From NCBI GenBank assembly GCA_047718615.1, contig JBDNRM010000001.1, positions 23,093 through 87,092 of the forward strand: a DNA stretch of 64,000 bases. Reading direction: 5' to 3'. Below the pieces are notes generated by a model. That model was not told the DNA's origin. It did no database searches and was given only the letters and a program-made list of their open reading frames with translations. This DNA comes from Bacillus sp. (in: firmicutes). GTDB lineage: Bacteria; Bacillota; Bacilli; Bacillales; Cytobacillaceae. The translations under genes and the position numbers were made by a program. Positions 1-8,898 of this stretch are shown in pieces; position 1 is the first letter of the stretch, and each line of letters begins with the position of its first letter.

Positions 1-771
1 CTTATTTACACAGCGGCATCTGATGATACGGGAGAAATAACGATAATCGATAAGAACGGAAATGCTCTTTTTACTACATCGCTTGCAAGCTATGATGCTG
101 ATTTTTTATGGAATCCTTTTAATGAGAATGAATTATTAGTTTCTGCTTTTACGGATGAATGGAAAAGTAAAGTATCTTTATTATCCATTCATCAAAAACA
201 ACTCCTTCCATTGAAGAATATCAATCCCTTTTCGCAATGGTTAAATAAGGAGGAGCTCGCCTATTTAGATTGGGAAAAGGATGATGCTTCCTTTGAAGCT
301 CCTATAAAAGCAAAAAATGTACAAACAAATCATGAAGTGGATTACAATCTATCCAATGTTTTTTCGATGCATGTTTTTAAAGAGGCAGTCGTGGCCATTT
401 CAACCGATTCGAATGATATTGATACGGCAGTTTATTCCTTTTATCAGCATGATTTTCGTAAAAATAGCAGTTTTTCGGCACCACATTTATCGAAATACAC
501 AGATTGGCTTATCCCGTATTTTGATTTGCATAATACAAGTTTCTATACATTTATACCAAAGGAAAGCGGCAGTGCAGATACATATAATAGTGGATTTGAT
601 TTTATGTCAATCAATACAAAAACGGGAACAAAAAAACAAGTTGTTAAACAGCCATTAGAAAATCAGCCAATACAGCTATCGCCAAAAAGTGATTGGTGTT
701 TATATGGGTATTATTTGGAGCAAATTATAAATGTAAAAACAGGAGAAATTTTTTCTTTGACAAGTGTCTAA
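1..771 (+). CDS. YqgU-like protein, 5'-partial (frame open from base 1)
   Basis: Frame of the 211..771 ORF stays open back to the window start; sits directly upstream of yqgV-yqgX as in Bacillus. Confidence 0.6.
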   Translation, partial: LIYTAASDDTGEITIIDKNGNALFTTSLASYDADFLWNPFNENELLVSAFTDEWKSKVSLLSIHQKQLLPLKNINPFSQWLNKEELAYLDWEKDDASFEAPIKAKNVQTNHEVDYNLSNVFSMHVFKEAVVAISTDSNDIDTAVYSFYQHDFRKNSSFSAPHLSKYTDWLIPYFDLHNTSFYTFIPKESGSADTYNSGFDFMSINTKTGTKKQVVKQPLENQPIQLSPKSDWCLYGYYLEQIINVKTGEIFSLTSV

Positions 772-876
772 TGAACGGTGAAAAAATCATCTTTCATAAG
801 AGAAAGTATAGATAGTTGAGAAACTTCTTGAACTATGACAAGATAAAGGAAAACAGATTTTAAGGAGAGATGAAAG

Positions 877-1194
877 TTGGCTATTGTTGATGTAACGGTA
901 ATCCCAATTGGAACAGAAACGCCTAGTGTTAGTAAATATGTAGCGGATATCCATAAAATTCTGCAAAGCTATGAAGAAAAGGGAGAAATTCGCTATCAGC
1001 TTACGCCGATGAATACGATCATCGAAGGGGAGCTACCGAAATTATTTGAAGTAATCCAGGCAATGCATGAAGCTCCTTTTTCAAAAGGATTAGTACGAGT
1101 GGCAACAAATATCCGTATTGATGACCGCAGAGATATTGAAAGAAAAATGGAAGATAAAGTGGAGCGGGTTATGAGCCATTTATCAACAAAATAA
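877..1194 (+). CDS. yqgV: MTH1187 family thiamine-binding protein
   Basis: MAIVDVTVIPIGTETPSVSKYVA...YQLTPMNTIIEG...RIDDRRD motifs; synteny. Confidence 0.9.
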   Translation: MAIVDVTVIPIGTETPSVSKYVADIHKILQSYEEKGEIRYQLTPMNTIIEGELPKLFEVIQAMHEAPFSKGLVRVATNIRIDDRRDIERKMEDKVERVMSHLSTK

Positions 1195-1220
1195 TAAACG
1201 CTAACAAGAGGTGCAGGTAG

Positions 1221-1856
1221 ATGGAATATAAACAAATTCCCCTAGGTCCAATTCAAACAAATTGTTATTTAGTCTGGGATGATGACAAAAATTGTTTAGT
1301 TATAGATCCAGGGGCAAATGGAGATAAATTAATAGCCATTATTTCGAAATTAGAATTGACACCAGTTGCCATTCTACTAACACATGCTCATTTCGATCAT
1401 ATTGGGGCAGTGGAATCGGTTAGAACAGAGTACAGCATTCCAGTGTATGTTCATAATAAAGAAGATGAGTGGTTAATCAATCCAAAGTTAAACGGCAGTG
1501 CTGCGTTTAAACTGCCAACTCCAATTGTCGCAAAGCCGGCAGATTATTTCCTTGATGAGAACCCTTCTATGACTGTCGGAGATTTTACATTTGCGGTATT
1601 GGAAACTCCTGGACATTCTCCAGGTGGTGTGACGTTCTATTTTAAAAAAGAAGGCGTGGCATTTGTTGGTGATGCATTATTTCATGAGAGTGTTGGACGA
1701 ACCGATTTGATTGGGGGCAATTCACGAACTCTTCTTGCAAGCATTCATGATAAGCTGCTTGTATTGCCTGAAGATACGTTGATTTTATCTGGACATGGCA
1801 GAAGTACTACTATTGCACATGAAATGGATCATAATCCATACTTAAATGGTTTCTAA
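1221..1856 (+). CDS. yqgX: MBL-fold metallo-hydrolase
   Basis: THAHFDHIG, TPGHSPGG, GD and GHG metal-binding motifs; synteny. Confidence 0.9.
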   Translation: MEYKQIPLGPIQTNCYLVWDDDKNCLVIDPGANGDKLIAIISKLELTPVAILLTHAHFDHIGAVESVRTEYSIPVYVHNKEDEWLINPKLNGSAAFKLPTPIVAKPADYFLDENPSMTVGDFTFAVLETPGHSPGGVTFYFKKEGVAFVGDALFHESVGRTDLIGGNSRTLLASIHDKLLVLPEDTLILSGHGRSTTIAHEMDHNPYLNGF

Positions 1857-1880
1857 AGGAACTGGTTTTTTCGAATAGGA

Positions 1881-1932
1881 AGGGGGTATCCAAATGTCGA
1901 AGAATCGACTTATTGGATACCCCCTCTTTTTT
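1881..1932 (+). terminator. Intrinsic terminator after yqgX
   Basis: AGGGGGTATCCAA / TTGGATACCCCCT 13-bp stem followed by a T run. Confidence 0.8.
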
Positions 1933-2011
1933 CATGTATTATATAGAAAAGCTAGGTTTTTATGCTTTTAGATACCTTATTTTCGCAGGTGCTTTTTGTT
2001 TCTCTCATCTA

Positions 2012-2707
2012 TTAAACAGAAACTTTATAAGCACATTGATGGCATCCTGAAATAATATTTTGTTTCTCAACTAACTGTACATCTTGGAAAAGGGCTTCAA
2101 ACATGCCAACAAAAAAATGTTGATGCATGTTGCATACTTTTTCTTTATGGTCCATAGCCACCTCTTTATATGGACAATTAAAAATTTCAAAATAAAGAGA
2201 GGTTTGATCTTCATTCCATTCTAAAGCTGGCATTTGTCCAGTTATTAAACTGGCATTTTGCAATAGTCGAATTTTATCATCATTTGTAAGGGTAGTTGCA
2301 TTACTAGTGAATCGAACAATTTCCTGTTCCATCATTTCTTTTCCAAATTGTTTGCCAGATTCAAAAAGAGCTTTGCGGCCTTCTGGTCCAATTTTATCCA
2401 TAGACTTTAATAAAATTTTGCTTAATAATTGATAATCCCTAAATGGAAAGCTCAATTGAATTACTTCATTTGATAATCGATACAATCTGCTTGGACGTCC
2501 GCCTTTACCCGTTTTTTTTGTCTCTGAATAAAGCATTCGAACATCTTCTAATTTAGATAAATGCAGTCTTGCAACATTGGGATGTATGGCAAATTCATCG
2601 GCAATTTCCTGAACTGTGACATCTTGATGACGGTTTGTTATATATTGATAAATATAAAAACGAGTTGGATCAGACAATACATTGGTAACTTTTAACGTAT
2701 TTTCCAT
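2012..2707 (-). CDS. ArsR-like winged-HTH transcriptional regulator with C-terminal Cys/His metal site
   Basis: N-terminal LSDPTRFYIY...VQEIADEFAIHPNVARLHLSKLE...GRP; C-terminal NCPY...CNMH...C. Confidence 0.8.
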   Translation of the reverse strand: MENTLKVTNVLSDPTRFYIYQYITNRHQDVTVQEIADEFAIHPNVARLHLSKLEDVRMLYSETKKTGKGGRPSRLYRLSNEVIQLSFPFRDYQLLSKILLKSMDKIGPEGRKALFESGKQFGKEMMEQEIVRFTSNATTLTNDDKIRLLQNASLITGQMPALEWNEDQTSLYFEIFNCPYKEVAMDHKEKVCNMHQHFFVGMFEALFQDVQLVEKQNIISGCHQCAYKVSV

Positions 2708-3045
2708 CGCTTTTTTCCCCTCCGTATTCTATTTTCTTCATTATAGTATAGCAATCTACCATAAACACCGTAAAAACTATAAGTTTATAAAATGTTCACA
2801 TCTAAGCAATAAATATGTTCATAAAATATACATATTCATTATTGATAAAGTAAACAAGTTGATAAACGTGTATATTAGACGAGAATAAGCCTGCTCATTT
2901 TAAATAGATGGGCAGGCTTTTCTTTGGTTGTAGTATAAAATGTTTGCAAGAGTGTTTATTATCCAAAATTATCCATAAATATCCGGTGAAACATGAAGCA
3001 TCTTTATTAACTGGCGGATTTTCCTGTTTAGATTCGGAAAGGATG

Positions 3046-3130
3046 AATCAGGATCAAAACAGCAAAGAAAAGAGGAGAGTTTGTCCGGAAAAAGGGCAAT
3101 CAGGATCAAAACAGCAGAGAAAAGAGGGGA
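3046..3130. repeat. Imperfect 33-bp direct repeat (period 52) in host intergenic DNA
   Basis: AATCAGGATCAAAACAGCA(A/G)AGAAAAGAGG(A/G)GA at 3046-3078 and 3098-3130. Confidence 0.8.
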
Positions 3131-3233
3131 GCCTGTCCCTTAGTGGGAGGCAGGCTCCAGAATTTAAAAAACTTTTTTTAGGGAGTTACTTGTTAATCAA
3201 CAAGCCTGAAATGTTTGCTTGTTTTTTGGTTGA

Positions 3234-3305
3234 CTGGGCTAGCTGGATTCGAACCAACGAGTGACGGAGTCAAAGTCCGTTGCCTTACCACTTGGCTATA
3301 GCCCA
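3234..3305 (-). tRNA. tRNA-Gln(TTG)
   Basis: Reverse complement TGGGCTATAGCCAAGTGGTAAGGCAACGGACTTTGACTCCGTC...GGTTCGAATCCAGCTAGCCCAG; anticodon at 3271-3273; CCA not encoded. Confidence 0.97.
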
Positions 3306-3404
3306 ATAGTGAGTACTTTTGCTTCCATGTAAAAACTAGTATAGGAAGAATGGAAAGCTTTTATACATTTTTTTATTAAATAGTGTTGCATTCTCAATAA
3401 GTCC

Positions 3405-3440
3405 GCAGCCGGAATACACTTCGCTTTCCGTGGGGAGGGC
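3405..3440 (-). repeat. Fragment of a Bacillaceae-1-like interspersed repeat
   Basis: Minus strand reads CCCCACGGAAAGCGAAGTGTATTCCGGCTGC, resembling the 3' part of that element as I recall it. Confidence 0.4.
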
Positions 3441-3575
3441 ATTGAAAAAATAAATGACAATATTAACAGAGTCTTTAATAAAAATAAAATAATAGTGTAT
3501 TTCCGTAAAATTCACATAAATAACCTTTTCGAGGAAATAGTAAAAATAAATAAAATTCCTCTGAAAGGTTGAAGA

Positions 3576-4043
3576 ATGGATATAAACATATTTACATTTA
3601 TATTAATATATTTACTCCTTTTTATCGTTTATTGGATAATACCTAAAGTTTTAACACCGATTGAACGGACGGGCTGCTACTTAATTAGCGTGATTATAGT
3701 ACATGATTGGGTAAATATTGCAACCGTAAATTTACATATACTAGAGCTTTCTCAACAATTTTATAAAAGTATGATCTTTTCAATAAATAAAATTTTCTTA
3801 TTCCCGATAACCTTACTTCTTTTTTTAGAAGTGTTTTTGTTTGTAAATAATAGGACAAAAAAAATAGTAGTGATGATTTTAGGAATCAGCACCATTTTAT
3901 TTTTAGATTTTTCCAATAAAAGACTTGGAATTATTACCTACACAAATTGGACAAGCTGGAATACTCTTTTGTTTTGGCTGTCTTTTTCTATTCTTTTATA
4001 CAGTGTATTTCGGTTGTTTCATTATCTTCAAAAAGAAAGGTGA
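3576..4043 (+). CDS. Hypothetical multi-pass membrane protein
   Basis: Several hydrophobic helices; GAAAGG RBS-like site upstream. Confidence 0.7.
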   Translation: MDINIFTFILIYLLLFIVYWIIPKVLTPIERTGCYLISVIIVHDWVNIATVNLHILELSQQFYKSMIFSINKIFLFPITLLLFLEVFLFVNNRTKKIVVMILGISTILFLDFSNKRLGIITYTNWTSWNTLLFWLSFSILLYSVFRLFHYLQKER

Positions 4044-4562
4044 GTGATGAGGATGTTTTTATACTTGCCAGAAAAGTTTGATGAAAACGAATGGTTTATA
4101 GTGATATCGACCTTAATCGCACTAATTATTGTGAAAATATTGCCGAAGCGTTTTCCAATTATCATTACCATATTGCTTTGTCTTTTTATTAGTGCAGTTT
4201 CCAAGATAGTGGATCATCTACTCTCAGGCTCCACATTAGTGAATTTATATGATTTTAATGATTCAACTAAATATGAATATTTCGACCTATTTTTACAATG
4301 GATTTTGTATCCAATAATCGGTTATTTATTTGTTTATTGGTATGATTATTGGAAGGAAAAAAGAAGAAATACTCTTTTATTAATAGTCGTTATTATTGTT
4401 ATATCCACTATCTATGAAGCAATATCTGTGAAATTTAAAGTGTTTGATTTCAGAGAATGGTACAGTTACTTATCCGCCGCCTTTTACAGCTTTGCTTTTC
4501 CCATTACTATTTTTTATTATCATGTATTAAAAAAATGGTATGAAAAGATAAACAGAATTTAA
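4044..4562 (+). CDS. Hypothetical multi-pass membrane protein
   Basis: Hydrophobic helices; abuts the previous gene. Confidence 0.7.
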   Translation: MMRMFLYLPEKFDENEWFIVISTLIALIIVKILPKRFPIIITILLCLFISAVSKIVDHLLSGSTLVNLYDFNDSTKYEYFDLFLQWILYPIIGYLFVYWYDYWKEKRRNTLLLIVVIIVISTIYEAISVKFKVFDFREWYSYLSAAFYSFAFPITIFYYHVLKKWYEKINRI

Positions 4563-4783
4563 ATGGTTACTAGTGGGGAGAATTGGAGCTATATTTCGTT
4601 TTTGACAAAACAATGGAATACAATTAGAAGCTGAAGAGCTTTATGAAAAAAGTGAGTAAGGAGATAAGGCAGCCTCCTTAGTACTAGATAAAATAAATAA
4701 AAAAATAAAAGAGGAAAGAAGGATAAACGAAAAAAATGTCGAAATAAATTAATAAAATAACGAAAGGTGGTGCTTTATGCATC

Positions 4784-5431
4784 GTGATATCGATTGAAGC
4801 ATTAGCAAACCGTATTGTTAGAGAGGCGGTTGAAGATGAAGCGACAGATATACATATTATCCCGAAACAAAAAGAATCTCATCTCCAGTTCCGCATCTCT
4901 AATAAACTCCACACTAGACATATCCTTCCCTCAAAAGATTGTGACAAATTAATTTCCCATTTTAAATTCACGGCATCTATGGACATTGGCGAACGAAGGC
5001 GACCTCAAAATGGATCGTATTCGACAACGATAAAAGGACAGCATATTGGACTGCGTCTTTCCACACTCCCGTCTATTCCACATGAAAGCTTAGTTATTCG
5101 CATTTTACAAGAAAAAAATGATATCCCCATTTCTAAAATCAGTTTGTTTCCAGACGCTTCACGAAAATTAATTGCTTTATTAAAGCATGCTCACGGGCTT
5201 GTGATTTTCACTGGTCCGACCGGCTCAGGTAAAACGACAACCTTATATTCTCTTCTTAACGAAAATGCGCATCTGTATCATCGAAATGTTATTAGCTTAG
5301 AAGATCCAATTGAGAAAACACAAGAAAACGTTCTGCAGATTCAGGTGAATGAAAAAGCAGGCATTACGTATTCGACTGGACTAAAAGCAATCCTGCGCCA
5401 TGATCCTGATATGATTATGGTCAAAGCTTAG
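4784..5431 (+). pseudogene. comGA: ComGA competence pilus ATPase, 5' fragment interrupted by the prophage
   Basis: ATDIHIIP, DIGERRRPQNG, Walker A GPTGSGKTTT, SLEDPIE; Walker B RHDPDMIMV is followed by KA-stop instead of the expected GEIRD. Confidence 0.93.
5404..5422 (+). other. attL core (maximal extent)
   Basis: TCCTGATATGATTATGGTC; identity with the copy at 48661 starts exactly here; the 3' limit is inferred from loss of the comGA GE codons. Confidence 0.85.
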
Positions 5432-5475
5432 TAATCCCTATAAAACTAGCATTCTGGGGGATTAATCATTAGGCT

Positions 5476-5494
5476 CGACCACATTTTGACCACG
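5476..5494 (+). promoter_or_regulatory. Putative integrase arm-type sites (left arm)
   Basis: CGACCACA and TGACCACG, matching the three TGACCACA copies at 48505-48532. Confidence 0.6.
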
Positions 5495-6616
5495 TTACTT
5501 TTCATTTACCTTTTTAGAGAACACATTTGCAACATCTGACTGCAATCCTATAGAAGCATGACTATAAGTATCCAACGTTATTTTTACAGAAGAATGACCT
5601 AAACGGTCAGCCACTATTTTAGGATTTGTGTTAAGTTCCAAAAGCAAAGTAGCATGAGTGTGTCTCATATCATGAAATCTAATTTTAGGAACGCCAGCAA
5701 TATTTATATATTTTCTAAATGGTCTATTTAAACTGGTTGGTCTAAATGGTTTTCCATCCGGATGACAGAAAATCAATCCGTTGTCCTGATATTCTGGACC
5801 GAACTTCAACCTGTAGGCATTGTTTTTGTTAATCCGTTCCTTTAAAATAGAGGAGACAAAAGAATCTATGGCAACTTTCCTATATGAAGAAGGTGTTTTC
5901 AGTAATCCAATCTGAACACCTTTTTTTGTTTCTGTAATACTCTGACGTATATTGATAATATTCTTGGAGAAGTCTGGGTCTATTCGTCTTAACCCCATAA
6001 CTTCTCCTTTTCTTAATCCAGTAAAGGCAGCAACTGTGAAAACATCATAATAAAATTCATCGTATTTTTTTGTAATGTTTAAAAAATGATTTAACTCTTC
6101 GAAGGACCAGGTATTTTTTTTCTTATTCTTAGGGTTGCTAATCGTAATGTTTTCTAAAGGACTTTTAGAAATTATTTCTAAATGTACAGCATGTTTAAAA
6201 ATCATTTTAGCAACGGATAATACCTTATGGGCTGTATCTGGTTGTAAACTATCTAACAATTTACTAACAAAAGCTTGTCCATGAACAGGTTTGATTTCCT
6301 GGATTTTATTGTTCCCAAAAAAAGGATTGATCCACTTATTAATCTTGATTGAATATTGTTCTGATGTTGTTTCTTTCAATTTATATTTGTAGCTTTCATA
6401 CCAATCAAGAGAAAACTCTTTGAATGTTAATTCTTTTGGTGCAATCCAAGAACCATTATTCACTTCATAGACAAGTTCGTTCAATGCAGTTTCAGCTTCT
6501 TTTTTCGTCTTGAAACCACTCTTTGTTTTTTGCTTCCGTTTCCCCGTAATCGGATCTTTTCCTATATCAACAGTATAACTCCATTTATCGCCCCTTTTGC
6601 GAACATAACCTTTCAT
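5495..6616 (-). CDS. int: Tyrosine integrase with N-terminal arm-binding domain
   Basis: MKGYVRKRGDKWSYTVDIGKDP N-terminus; TGLRKGE, FHDMRHTHAT, RLGH...TLDTYSH catalytic motifs; start placed at ATG 6616 rather than 6661. Confidence 0.95.
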   Translation of the reverse strand: MKGYVRKRGDKWSYTVDIGKDPITGKRKQKTKSGFKTKKEAETALNELVYEVNNGSWIAPKELTFKEFSLDWYESYKYKLKETTSEQYSIKINKWINPFFGNNKIQEIKPVHGQAFVSKLLDSLQPDTAHKVLSVAKMIFKHAVHLEIISKSPLENITISNPKNKKKNTWSFEELNHFLNITKKYDEFYYDVFTVAAFTGLRKGEVMGLRRIDPDFSKNIINIRQSITETKKGVQIGLLKTPSSYRKVAIDSFVSSILKERINKNNAYRLKFGPEYQDNGLIFCHPDGKPFRPTSLNRPFRKYINIAGVPKIRFHDMRHTHATLLLELNTNPKIVADRLGHSSVKITLDTYSHASIGLQSDVANVFSKKVNEK

Positions 6617-6717
6617 TGAGAAATCTCTCCCTTTTTTCGGCTTGTCCCTACAAGAAGGCAATCTTTCACTTTGATAATAACGTCAGCTGGCAACTCTTCA
6701 ACATAGATGATCTTCAC
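6613..6717 (-). CDS. 34-aa ORF translationally coupled to the integrase
   Basis: GGGGTGAGGAG RBS, GTG start, MKIIYVEELPADVIIKVKDCLLVGTSRKKGEISQ; TGA overlaps the integrase ATG. Confidence 0.55.
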   Translation of the reverse strand: MKIIYVEELPADVIIKVKDCLLVGTSRKKGEISQ

Positions 6718-6891
6718 AATAATCTACTCCTCACCCCAATATCAGAACAAAACAGAACGTACGTTTCTATTTTTGTTAATTCTAATATATCATGGTTCAT
6801 GGTAGTGAAGGTGATTATTTTGTCGAAAAAAAATAGGTATATGATGACATATTTCGACAATTCAATATGAACGCTTATATATCAAGGGATT

Positions 6892-7230
6892 TTACTCACT
6901 AATTTTTGTCATATTTTTGACTATTTCAGCCCATTGCTTGACTTGTTCTGGAGTAATCCCTTCTTTTTCTAATTGTTCACCTAAAACCATCCATTCGCCG
7001 CCAGCATCTTTTATTTCTTGAGGTACATCTTTTTTGTTATCGATTAAATCACCAATATCTACTTCTAAAACGTTTGCAATCTTAACCAACATTTCAAGAC
7101 TTGGTTTTGCTGCTTCATTTTCGAGTTTAGATATAAACGACTTGGTGACATCTACTTTTTCACCTAGTTGTTCTTGGTTTAATTTCATTAATTTTCTATA
7201 TTTTTTAATATTTTCTCCATAACCCTTCAC
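6892..7230 (-). CDS. Prophage repressor, XRE HTH plus SinR/SinI-like C-terminal domain
   Basis: HTH LNQEQLGEKVDVTKSFISKLEN; C-terminal EWMVLGEQLEKEGITPEQVKQW; divergent from the cro-like gene. Confidence 0.85.
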   Translation of the reverse strand: MKGYGENIKKYRKLMKLNQEQLGEKVDVTKSFISKLENEAAKPSLEMLVKIANVLEVDIGDLIDNKKDVPQEIKDAGGEWMVLGEQLEKEGITPEQVKQWAEIVKNMTKISE

Positions 7231-7356
7231 AATAACACCACCTTGAATACAAAATAACTCATTTATATTATGCCTTAAAACTTATGTAAATTGAATGGTT
7301 TATCAACATTTTATAAACCGCACTCAAATTAATTCGAATTATTTTCTATAAACTTG

Positions 7357-7386
7357 TTGACTAATAATTCAACTTAAATGTATAAT
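7357..7386 (+). promoter_or_regulatory. SigmaA-type lytic promoter with an operator in the spacer
   Basis: TTGACT-N18-TATAAT; ATAATTCAACTTA (7364-7376) recurs inverted at 7627-7639. Confidence 0.7.
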
Positions 7387-7428
7387 GAAATAGAAGTTGA
7401 GTGATAATGAAACTAAACAGAAAGTGAG

Positions 7429-7629
7429 GTGGAATTATTGGTCAACAACATTAGAGATATCAGAATAAAAAGAGGATTAACTCAAAAGGAATTTGCTTCC
7501 ATGTTAAATATTTCCTACGATTATTTGAATAAACTTGAAAGGGGGAAAAAAACTCCAAGTCTAACTTTAGCTGTAAGAATGGCTAGATCATTGGATTGTA
7601 AACTAGATGATATTTTTTTTATCGATTAA
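7429..7629 (+). CDS. Cro-like XRE HTH regulator
   Basis: LTQKEFASMLNISYDYLNKLERG HTH; position in the immunity switch. Confidence 0.85.
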   Translation: MELLVNNIRDIRIKRGLTQKEFASMLNISYDYLNKLERGKKTPSLTLAVRMARSLDCKLDDIFFID

Positions 7630-7664
7630 GTTGAATTATAAGTAAACTTTGAGGGGGTAGTTGA

Positions 7665-7850
7665 ATGGAAAAAAAAGATTTTCCGTTAATGATGACAGCT
7701 AATGAAATTTCGCAAATTTTAGGTGTTAGCAAACGAGTAGCATATGAAATCATGGATGAGAAAGATTTTCCGTTAATTCGTGTAAGAAGAACTAAACGTG
7801 TTAACCGTGATGATTTCTTTAAATGGTTAGATAAAAAGAAGGTGTCCTAA
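7665..7850 (+). CDS. Excisionase-like HTH_17 protein
   Basis: MTANEISQILGVSKRVAYE...FPLIRVRRTKRVNRDDFFKWL. Confidence 0.75.
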   Translation: MEKKDFPLMMTANEISQILGVSKRVAYEIMDEKDFPLIRVRRTKRVNRDDFFKWLDKKKVS

Positions 7851-7851
7851 A

Positions 7852-8271
7852 TTGCCAGTTTCTCACATGCATTTATTTGAAAGAGTAAAAGGAAATAAAA
7901 TCAGATATGAGATTTTGGAAAGAGATAATTACCAATGTGTATTATGTGGCAGCACTGAAGAATTAGAAGTTCATCATATGTTAGCACTTTACTTAGGAGG
8001 GAAATCAGTCACAGATAATTTAATAACTTTATGTTCATTCTGTCATCTATATGCACCAGAGACAGGAACAGAAGCAAATAAAAGGTATCTAAAGCAAAGA
8101 AATAAAGTTGCTTATGAACAATTAATGCAAATTCCTGATTTAAACGCAATGGTTGTTGTTGCTTGTGTTGAATTCATCAAATCAAGGTTCAATGAATATA
8201 TCGAGAAAGGATTCATAAACAAGGAGCAAGCAGAAGAAATACTTTTTTATGAATCAGAAAAATTATTTTGA
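7852..8271 (+). CDS. HNH endonuclease
   Basis: RDNYQCVLCG...LEVHH...GG...NLITLCSFCH. Confidence 0.85.
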   Translation: MPVSHMHLFERVKGNKIRYEILERDNYQCVLCGSTEELEVHHMLALYLGGKSVTDNLITLCSFCHLYAPETGTEANKRYLKQRNKVAYEQLMQIPDLNAMVVVACVEFIKSRFNEYIEKGFINKEQAEEILFYESEKLF

Positions 8272-8284
8272 GGAGTGAGTATAG

Positions 8285-8416
8285 GTGAAAGTGACAATTA
8301 TTAAAGGTCCGATGTTTGAGAAGGCAGAAAAGAAAGCTCACGCTTTATTGTATCAGATCATCAGACAAAAAATGATTGAAGATGAAATGAAAAAATCCCA
8401 AAAGGAGGATAAGTAA
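8285..8416 (+). CDS. Small hypothetical protein (43 aa)
   Basis: GAGGAG RBS, GTG start, fills the gap between co-oriented genes. Confidence 0.5.
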   Translation: MKVTIIKGPMFEKAEKKAHALLYQIIRQKMIEDEMKKSQKEDK

Positions 8417-8417
8417 T

Positions 8418-8705
8418 ATGAACAAACAAAAATTCATGGAGTTTGTATCTAAAGCTTATGACAAAGGTTTTTACATCACAATAGCTGATTACTCTCCTCA
8501 GACAACAAAAGCAGAAGCAATGGAAGTAGCTGCAGAGTTAAGTGAAGTTTTAGAACTTCCAGTTCACAAAGAAGATTATAAATCCACTCATTCTTACGAA
8601 GTGGGTAGCGTTAACGAAAAAATCAGAGGGCATTTCTTTTATGGTCCAGTTAATTTTCTTGATGAAGATGTCGATCTGAGTGGCGGTGAGGATGTTGCAG
8701 TCTGA
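8418..8705 (+). CDS. Hypothetical phage protein
   Basis: AAGGAGG RBS; early operon. Confidence 0.7.
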   Translation: MNKQKFMEFVSKAYDKGFYITIADYSPQTTKAEAMEVAAELSEVLELPVHKEDYKSTHSYEVGSVNEKIRGHFFYGPVNFLDEDVDLSGGEDVAV

Positions 8706-8898
8706 AATATTCTCTTATATCAATGCTCGTTATGAAAATGACGGTGTCCTCGTTGATGCAGATGAAGTGTACGAATCGTTTCAGACTGATTTTGATAATG
8801 GTGTCCCAATCACACTAATTGATGAAGTTATGGAAGATTTCTTATCTATCCATTCTATAGAAAATATCCAAATTAAATGGGAGGGTAAAATCGCATGA
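8680..8898 (+). CDS. Hypothetical acidic phage protein
   Basis: ORF overlapping its neighbours in the early operon. Confidence 0.6.
   Translation: MAVRMLQSEIFSYINARYENDGVLVDADEVYESFQTDFDNGVPITLIDEVMEDFLSIHSIENIQIKWEGKIA

Noticed and set aside
2908-3264. 118-aa ORF in the track
   Set aside because: Runs through intergenic repeats and the antisense of tRNA-Gln; no RBS or recognisable motif.
4620-4783. ComK boxes upstream of comGA
   Set aside because: The region is A-rich, but I could not find a clean pair of AAAA-N5-TTTT boxes.
6616-6870. 84-aa plus-strand ORF and the 6661 integrase start
   Set aside because: Antisense to the int leader. The integrase family N-terminus begins at MKGYVRKRG (6616), and the upstream extension overlaps the better-supported 34-aa ORF.
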